From positions 26,870-90,869 of the forward strand of contig CANMWZ010000018.1 in NCBI GenBank assembly GCA_947501605.1: a stretch of DNA of 64,000 nt. The letters run 5' to 3'. The stretch comes from Planctomycetota bacterium (lineage in GTDB: Bacteria > Planctomycetota > UBA1135 > UBA2386). How positions within the stretch are numbered: the stretch's first letter is position 1; each line of letters starts with the position of its first letter. The translations under genes and the position numbers were made by a program. This document shows positions 57,691 through 64,000 of this stretch, piece after piece. The notes beneath the pieces are model-generated. The model ran no database searches, was not told the origin of the DNA, and saw nothing but the letters and a program-made list of their open reading frames with translations.

Positions 57691-58969
57691 CTCGGGGCAG
57701 CCGAGAGCGAAGTGGCGGCGCTGGACCAAGGTCCTGGCCGTCGCGACGTTCGTGTTGTGGGTCGCTTGCGACAGCCTTGTACCCGTGCAAGGCTGGGATG
57801 ATTCGCTTGGACCGGTGATCCCGCACGACACCTTCCCGGCGAATTGCTCGCTGTGCCACACTGGCGGCAACTGGCAGACGATGCGACAGGACTTCGCGTT
57901 CGATCATGCGAAGGAAACCGGTGTGCCACTGGAAGGGGCGCACAAGGGTGCTGCGTGCCTACTGTGCCACAACGACCGCGGTCCGGTCGCGCAGTTCGCG
58001 GCCCAGGGTTGCGCCGGTTGTCACTCCGATCCGCATCGCGGGCAGCTCGGTCGCAACTGCACCGACTGCCATGATCAGCGGACGTGGCGGCCGAGTGAAG
58101 TGATCGCCAAGCACGATCGCACGCGGTTGCCGTTGGTCGGTGCGCATGCGTCGACGGCGTGCTTTCGTTGTCATCCAGGTGCACAAGTTGGCAACTTCTC
58201 CGGTGCGAGTCCGGACTGCGACCGCTGCCATGCGGGTGAGTTCTCGCGGTCGTCGTACGACCATGTCGCCGCCGGCTTCACTTCGGACTGTCAACGCTGC
58301 CACCGGCCAGTCGGCTGGATCCCGGCGCAGTTCTCGCACCCGCAGTCGTTCCCGTTGACGTTCGGCCATGGCAACCGCGCCTGCACCGAGTGCCACCTTG
58401 CGGGCGTCTACACCGGCCTCAGCACGACCTGCTCGTCGTGCCACACCGACGATTACATCGCGACCAGGAATCCGCCCCACGCGGCGAACAACTTCTCGAC
58501 CAACTGTGCCTCGTGCCACAACACGCGCGGTTGGGGCGGCGGCAACTTCCAGCACACACCGACCTTCCCCCTGACGAACGGTCACGCCGGCCGCGCCTGC
58601 ACGGCCTGCCACACGGGGGGCGTGTTCAGCGGCCTCAGCACCACATGCTCGTCCTGCCACCTGGATACCTACCAAGCGACGCGCAACCCAAACCACGTCA
58701 CCTACAACTTTCCGACCAGCTGCGAACAGTGTCACACCACGCGCGCGTGGGGCGATGGCACGTTCACCCATGCGTTCCCGATCACGACTGGTGCGCACCG
58801 AAACATGGCGTGCGTCAACTGCCACACGACGAGCATCGGCACGCAGTTCGAGTGCATCCAGTGCCACACCCACCGCCAGTCGGCGATGGCGAGCGTACAC
58901 AATGGCGTCGGCGGCTACCAGTGGCTGAGCAGTCGCTGCTACGCCTGCCACCCGAACGGGCGCGGCTGA
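57671..58969 (+). CDS. Multiheme cytochrome c lipoprotein, 16 CxxCH
   Basis: RAKWRRWTKVLAVATFVLWVA-C lipobox-like signal; 16 CxxCH counted by hand; internal tandem repeats. Confidence 0.9.
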   Translation: MHSGDSDSGQPRAKWRRWTKVLAVATFVLWVACDSLVPVQGWDDSLGPVIPHDTFPANCSLCHTGGNWQTMRQDFAFDHAKETGVPLEGAHKGAACLLCHNDRGPVAQFAAQGCAGCHSDPHRGQLGRNCTDCHDQRTWRPSEVIAKHDRTRLPLVGAHASTACFRCHPGAQVGNFSGASPDCDRCHAGEFSRSSYDHVAAGFTSDCQRCHRPVGWIPAQFSHPQSFPLTFGHGNRACTECHLAGVYTGLSTTCSSCHTDDYIATRNPPHAANNFSTNCASCHNTRGWGGGNFQHTPTFPLTNGHAGRACTACHTGGVFSGLSTTCSSCHLDTYQATRNPNHVTYNFPTSCEQCHTTRAWGDGTFTHAFPITTGAHRNMACVNCHTTSIGTQFECIQCHTHRQSAMASVHNGVGGYQWLSSRCYACHPNGRG

Positions 58970-58976
58970 GTCTGCG

Positions 58977-59681
58977 TCAGCGTTCGCAGCGACCGAGGCG
59001 CACGATCGCGCCAGGTCGCAGCACGAACGCGTCGACGTGTCCCGACCGCCGGTCGCCGGCTGCGGTCACGGCGATGGCGTGAAGGTGGAAGGCGGTGCCG
59101 TGGTGCGTCAGCGATCCCGCCGCGTCCGGCGCGTAGAAGCCGACGAGGCGCACCGTCGTGCCGGCAGCGGCCGACCAGAGATGCGGCTGCGTCGCCGGTG
59201 TGGTTGCGCCATGCGGGCAGGCGCCGCGCGCCACGTGCACGTTCAGTTGTTCGACGACGCCGGTCACGTCGACCGTGGCCAGTGGCGCAAAGCGGGCGGC
59301 GAGCCGCGCGAGGCTCGATTCGTCGAGTCGTCCGGTCTCGGTCGCCGCCTCGCTGCTGTTCGGCGTGGCGATCGACAGCAGCGTGGCGTGGTAAGTACCG
59401 ATCGCAGTCACGTTCGTGACGACGTGTTCTGGCGCCGTGGCGATCTGCACTTCGCCGTCGACGATCGTGACTTCTCCCAGCAGACCTTCGAGTGCCCCGA
59501 CGCCGATCGTGGCGGGGGCGAGCGTCAGATCGGCGAGGCGAACGCGGGGCTCGGTATGGCCGTCGCGCATCACTTCGCGCATGCCGCCGAACTGCTGGAG
59601 CCGAGGTCCCGGTGTGACCGTACACGCCACAAGGGCGAGCGCAGCCGCAAGAGCGCACGCCCTGCGCTCGTCGCGGATCAC
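58977..59681 (-). CDS. Alpha-acetolactate decarboxylase-fold lipoprotein
   Basis: ALVAC lipobox; GVGALEGLLGEVTIVDG, VGFY, FHLH...SGHVD; GTG overlaps the htpG stop. Confidence 0.65.
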   Translation of the reverse strand: MIRDERRACALAAALALVACTVTPGPRLQQFGGMREVMRDGHTEPRVRLADLTLAPATIGVGALEGLLGEVTIVDGEVQIATAPEHVVTNVTAIGTYHATLLSIATPNSSEAATETGRLDESSLARLAARFAPLATVDVTGVVEQLNVHVARGACPHGATTPATQPHLWSAAAGTTVRLVGFYAPDAAGSLTHHGTAFHLHAIAVTAAGDRRSGHVDAFVLRPGAIVRLGRCER

Positions 59682-61579
59682 GCGCCGGCCATGAGTTCGG
59701 CGACCTTCTTGGCAAATCCAGCGGGGTCGCTTGGCAGCACGCCTTCGGCGAGCAGGGCTTGGTCGTGCAGCAATCCCGTCCACTGCACGAAGCGAGTCTC
59801 ATCGCTGTCGGCGAGCGACTTCATCTTCAGCAGGACCGGGTGCGTCGGATTGACTTCGAGGATGCGCTTTTGCTCCGGCATCTCGTGGCCGGCATCGCGG
59901 AGGATGCGTTCCATGTGCGCGCTCATGCCGTGCTCGTCGCTGACGAGGCATGCCGGCGAGTCGGTCAGGCGGTGCGTCACGCGGACCTCCTTGACCTTGT
60001 CGTCGAGGGTCTTGTGCATGCGCGACAGAACGGCACCGAGGTCCTTCTGCTGCTGCTCCTTGTCCTTCTTCTCGTCTTCGGACTCAGGCAGGTCGAGCGC
60101 GCCCTTGGCGGCCGACACCAGCGGCGAGCCGTCGAACTCGCGCAGGACATCGACGACCCACTCGTCGATGGGATCGACCAAGAACAGGACCTCGCGGCCG
60201 TGCTTCTTGAGTGCCTCGATGTGCGGGCTGCTCTCGGCGGCCGACAGGCTGTCGGCGGTGACGTAATAGATGCCCTTCTGGCCCTCGGGCATGCGCGCCT
60301 TGTAGTCGGCAAACCCGGTGAGATCGGTTCCGCGTGTGGTGCGATAGCGCAGGAGACCAGCTAGCTGCTCGCGCGAGCCGGTGTCGTGGTAGACGCCCTC
60401 CTTCAGTACGCGGCCGAACTCGCCCCAGAACTGCAGGTAGCGGTTGCGCTTCACCTTCTCGCCGTCGGCTTCGACCTCGGTCTCACCTTCCTTGGCGAGT
60501 TCTTCGAGCAGAGCCAGGGTCTTCTGCACGACCTGCTTCTTGATGAAGCGCGTGGTCGCATCCTTCTGCAACACTTCGCGCGAGACATTGAGCGGCAGGT
60601 CTTCGCTATCGACGACGCCGCGCATGAAGCGCAGCCATTCGGGCAGGATCTCCTGCGCGTCATCCATGATGAACACGCGCTTCACGAACAGTCGCACGCC
60701 GCCCTTCTTCTTGTCGACCAAGTCCTGCGGCGCCTTCTCGGGGACGAACAGCAGGCCCGTCAGCTCGTGCGTGCCCTCGACTTTGAAGTGCGTCCACGCC
60801 AACGGGTCATTCCAGTCATGGCTCGTGTGCTTGTAGAACTCGACGTACTGCTCCTCGGTGACCTCGCTCTTCGACCGAGTCCAGATCGCGCTGGCGGCAT
60901 TGATCGTCTGCCATTCGAGCTTCTTGTCGTCCTCTTCGCCGCGCTCCATCTGCAGTCGGATCGGCCACCGCACATAGTCGCTGTACTTGCGAACGACCGT
61001 CTGAATCGACCAATCCTCGAGGTACTCCTTGGCGTCGTCCTTGAGGTGCAACACGATGTCCGTGCCACGGCTGGCACGAGCGCCCGGTTTGATTTCGTAG
61101 TCGCCCTTGGCCTCGCTTTGCCAGATCCACGTGTCGTCACTGCCCGCCTTGCGTGAGGTAACCGCGACCGTGTCGGCGACGAGGAAGGCGCTGTAGAAGC
61201 CGACGCCGAACTGGCCGATCATCGCGACGTCTTTCTTTTGCTCGGACGACAGCGATTGCATCAGCTTCTTGGTGCCCGAGCGCGCGATCGTGCCGAGGTG
61301 CGAGATCAGTTCGTCCTTCGACATGCCGACACCGTTGTCGCGGATCGTCAGCGTGTTGTGCTCCTTGTCGATCACCAGCTCGATGCGCAACTCGTGGTCG
61401 CTGCCGAGCAGGGATGAGTCCTGCAGTGCCTTGAGGTTGAGGTGGTCGATCGCGTCGCTGGCATTGCTGATCAACTCGCGCAGGAAGACCTCGCGATGGC
61501 TGTAGAGCGAGTTGACGACGATCGACAACACCTCGTTGACTTCAGCCTGGAATACGTGCTTCTCGACGGTCGTGCTCAT
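59678..61579 (-). CDS. htpG: Hsp90 chaperone HtpG
   Basis: YSHREVFLRELISNASDA, DNGVGM, IGQFGVGFYS, DSEDLPLNVSRE. Confidence 0.97.
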   Translation of the reverse strand: MSTTVEKHVFQAEVNEVLSIVVNSLYSHREVFLRELISNASDAIDHLNLKALQDSSLLGSDHELRIELVIDKEHNTLTIRDNGVGMSKDELISHLGTIARSGTKKLMQSLSSEQKKDVAMIGQFGVGFYSAFLVADTVAVTSRKAGSDDTWIWQSEAKGDYEIKPGARASRGTDIVLHLKDDAKEYLEDWSIQTVVRKYSDYVRWPIRLQMERGEEDDKKLEWQTINAASAIWTRSKSEVTEEQYVEFYKHTSHDWNDPLAWTHFKVEGTHELTGLLFVPEKAPQDLVDKKKGGVRLFVKRVFIMDDAQEILPEWLRFMRGVVDSEDLPLNVSREVLQKDATTRFIKKQVVQKTLALLEELAKEGETEVEADGEKVKRNRYLQFWGEFGRVLKEGVYHDTGSREQLAGLLRYRTTRGTDLTGFADYKARMPEGQKGIYYVTADSLSAAESSPHIEALKKHGREVLFLVDPIDEWVVDVLREFDGSPLVSAAKGALDLPESEDEKKDKEQQQKDLGAVLSRMHKTLDDKVKEVRVTHRLTDSPACLVSDEHGMSAHMERILRDAGHEMPEQKRILEVNPTHPVLLKMKSLADSDETRFVQWTGLLHDQALLAEGVLPSDPAGFAKKVAELMAGA

Positions 61580-61921
61580 GATGTGTAGTTCGGTTGTGGG
61601 GCGAAGAGGATCGCGGGGTGTAGGACGCGGTGCAAGGGGCGGGAACCGGGGTCCAGGCGCAGGGAGATCATGGGGGCTGGCCGACTCAGGGCGGCTTGGT
61701 CGTTCGCCGACTTCGACCGGGCGGAGCCATCACCCGGGAGCGGCGGCATGTGCGCGCATACGTTCGGTCGAGCGTGGTGGCCCGGTAACCGCGGCAGGTG
61801 CCATGTGGGAGGCATCGCAAGGCTGGGCGTCTGCTGTTCCCGCCCGGTGCGGTCTGCTGCCGCGCAAGTTCGAGGTCGGCGCCATCGCGACTCGGGTGCG
61901 GCGCGAACGCAACAGCGCTCG

Positions 61922-62701
61922 TCAGGCCAGTTCGCGAGTCAGCAGGTCAACCGCTGCGACAATCTCGCCGGCAAAGGTCCGCCGCGCCTGGGCGACGACA
62001 TCGACCCCCTCGCACTCGGGATAGAAGTGCGTCAACCACAGCGCTCTTGCCCCGGCCTTGGCCGCGTGTTCGCCAGCGAGGCCTGGTGTCAAATGGCCTT
62101 CGACGCGCTGCGCATCGGGGAAGGCGGCGTCGCACACGAACAGGTCGACGCCCCGTGCCAGTTCGACCAGCTCTTCGCATTCGTCGGCATCGCCGCTGAA
62201 CGCCGCACTGGCACCGGACGCACTCGTGAAGCGATAGCCCAGGCTCTGCGCCGTGTGGCGGATCGGCACGGCCAGCACGTCCATCCCACCGAACTGGATC
62301 CGGCCCGGGCTCAGCTCGCGAACGTGTAGCTCGTAGTCGCGCGGCAAGGTCCACGGCCAGACCTGGGCCAGTGTGTCGAGGAAGCGGACGAGGCCGGGCG
62401 CGGCGAACAGGTGCAGCGGTTTGCGGCCGCGGTAGCGCGGGCTGCGCAGCGCGAACAGCAACGGTCCGAGATCCGCGCAATGGTCGGTGTGGTAGTGGGT
62501 CAAGAACACCGCGTCGATGGCGTCGAGGTCGAGGCCGGTTTGCGCGAGACGTCGCAGCGTGCCCGGGCCGCAGTCGACCAGAACCGCCGCGCGGCTGCTC
62601 TGCACCAAGTAGCCAGCCGGAAACCGGTCCTTGACCGGGATCGCCGTACCAGAACCGAGCACGGTCACGCGCAGCCCGGCGAACGACGCGGGCACGGGCA
62701 T
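61922..62701 (-). CDS. MBL-fold metallo-hydrolase (RNase Z/AtsA-like)
   Basis: LGSG, DCGPG, THYHTDH, FSGD, GHLT, LTHFYP. Confidence 0.88.
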   Translation of the reverse strand: MPVPASFAGLRVTVLGSGTAIPVKDRFPAGYLVQSSRAAVLVDCGPGTLRRLAQTGLDLDAIDAVFLTHYHTDHCADLGPLLFALRSPRYRGRKPLHLFAAPGLVRFLDTLAQVWPWTLPRDYELHVRELSPGRIQFGGMDVLAVPIRHTAQSLGYRFTSASGASAAFSGDADECEELVELARGVDLFVCDAAFPDAQRVEGHLTPGLAGEHAAKAGARALWLTHFYPECEGVDVVAQARRTFAGEIVAAVDLLTRELA

Positions 62702-62705
62702 CGAC

Positions 62706-63323
62706 TTACTTCGAGAAGGCGCGGCGCGCGGCTTCGTAATCTTCGGGCGTGTTGCAGGTGCGCAAGAACTTCAGGTCCTTGTCGAACGCGCGCATCGCGG
62801 CTTCGTCGAGGATCTTGGTCCTGACCTTCTCGGCCACGGTGCGCGGCGTGTCGATTCCGGCCGCCAGTAGCGCTTCGATCGCCGGCAGGCAGTCCAAGCG
62901 GTAGACCGCGCAGAGTGGCTGCAGAGTGTCGCCCGTCTTGGGCACGACGCATTGGAAGTCGCCGAGGTGACCCACCAGCCACGCGACCGTGTCGCTGGTC
63001 AGGAAGGGGGCGTCGCAGCCAGTGACGAAGATCGCGTCCTGCGGGCCCAAATCGCCGCCTGCGAGCAGCTTCTTCATACCGGTGGCGATGGCCTGGAGCG
63101 GCCCCTTGTCCGGCTGGTCGTCGTGGACGAAGGCGAGTTCCAGCGACAGGGGGGGCAGTTGCTGGGCCGAATCCCTGGTGACCACCAGCACCGGCCAAGC
63201 GCAATCGAGCAAGACGTCCGAGGTGTGGCCGAGCAGAGTGCTGGTGCCGAACGCCAGCGACTCCTTGGGCTTGCCCATGCGCCGACTGCGTCCACCTGCC
63301 AGAATGAGCGATCCGACTAACAT
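62706..63323 (-). CDS. mobA: Molybdenum cofactor guanylyltransferase
   Basis: ILAGGRSRRMGKPK, GPLQAI, GCDAPFL, QPLCAVY, NTPEDY. Confidence 0.9.
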   Translation of the reverse strand: MLVGSLILAGGRSRRMGKPKESLAFGTSTLLGHTSDVLLDCAWPVLVVTRDSAQQLPPLSLELAFVHDDQPDKGPLQAIATGMKKLLAGGDLGPQDAIFVTGCDAPFLTSDTVAWLVGHLGDFQCVVPKTGDTLQPLCAVYRLDCLPAIEALLAAGIDTPRTVAEKVRTKILDEAAMRAFDKDLKFLRTCNTPEDYEAARRAFSK

Positions 63324-63380
63324 GCAGCGAGTTCTCCTTGCTTGGCCGCTGCTGCTCAAGAACCTTCCTCGCGAATGTCC

Positions 63381-63692
63381 ATGCCCGAGCCGACGCCAAA
63401 GTCCGCAGATCTCGTTTCTCCGTTCACCCTGCGCGTCGGCTGGAAGGACGGTGCCGTCACCGATCTTGGCGCCCGCCAGCTGCGGTTGGCGTGCCCATGT
63501 GCCAACTGCATCGAGGAGGGGACGGGGCGCAAGATCCTCGATCCAGCGACGGTGCGGCAGGACATCTTGATCCTCAGTGTCGAACTGGTGGGTCGTTACG
63601 GCCTCACCTTTGTCTGGAGCGACGGTCACAAGACCGGGATCTTCACGTTTCCCAAACTGCGCGATCTCGGCGAGGCCGGGGGTGCCTCGTGA
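63381..63692 (+). CDS. DUF971 family protein
   Basis: W.DG...LRLACPCANC...VGRYGL...WSDGH.TGIF. Confidence 0.88.
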   Translation: MPEPTPKSADLVSPFTLRVGWKDGAVTDLGARQLRLACPCANCIEEGTGRKILDPATVRQDILILSVELVGRYGLTFVWSDGHKTGIFTFPKLRDLGEAGGAS

Positions 63693-64000
63693 GCGAACTC
63701 TGGTCCTGGGCTCGGTGTGAGGAGACGCTCGGCAGGCTGTTCGAGCGGCTCGACTGGCATGCGCTCGGAAAGCTCTACTTCCGCGACAGCGGCGAAGATC
63801 GGTGGGCGGTGATGGGGCCACGGGCGCTGACCCTCGGCCTCGATTGGGCCCGGGCGCTGCTCAAGCGCTTGCCGCACGAGGGCGCTTCCTTGCACGTTGG
63901 CGCCGGTATCGCCGAGCTGCCAGTGCTCTTTGCCGAGCGCTTCGTTCGCGGCCGCCGCGTGGTCGCCGTCAACGCCCGGCTGCGCGAGTGCGAGATCGTG
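63689..64000 (+). CDS. Partial ORF, possible SAM-dependent methyltransferase (runs off the window)
   Basis: GTG overlapping the DUF971 stop; open to the window end; SLHVGAGIAEL resembles SAM-binding motif I. Confidence 0.5.
   Translation, partial: MSELWSWARCEETLGRLFERLDWHALGKLYFRDSGEDRWAVMGPRALTLGLDWARALLKRLPHEGASLHVGAGIAELPVLFAERFVRGRRVVAVNARLRECEIV

Noticed and set aside
61580..61921. CIRCE or sigma-32 heat-shock element upstream of htpG
   Set aside because: No TTAGCACTC-N9-GAGTGCTAA; only a weak CTTGCA...CCCC resemblance
1..64000. CRISPR array, tRNA/rRNA, transposase, prophage
   Set aside because: No regularly spaced repeats, RNA gene signatures, or mobile-element proteins seen

Overview
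GC-rich bacterial chromosome segment, most likely a planctomycete or other PVC-type diderm. This is inferred from the HEAT/VWA proteins, the secreted-protein repertoire and the outer-membrane barrel. No rRNA, tRNA, CRISPR array or transposase was recognised. Housekeeping genes include metH, htpG, mobA, an unusually long glmS, a DegT aminotransferase and peptidases. Highlights: (1) A translationally coupled 4-gene operon at 51630-58969 encodes a ferredoxin / permuted flavin-NAD(P)H reductase / diheme-b membrane fusion, a 23-heme cytochrome, an outer-membrane beta-barrel and a 16-heme lipoprotein. Together these look like a complete NAD(P)H-to-cell-surface electron conduit. (2) A hidden exported selenoprotein (TlpA-like, W-U-G-P-C) is split by an in-frame TGA at 5674-5676. 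(3) Nine secreted proteins with unrelated N-termini share a C-terminal domain that is a candidate sorting or anchoring domain; five of them form a mosaic tandem array of nidogen-like paralogs. (4) A family of ~160-nt palindromic intergenic elements. (5) A PerR-type ahpC / ahpD(pseudogene) / dps stress locus with two copies of a palindromic operator.
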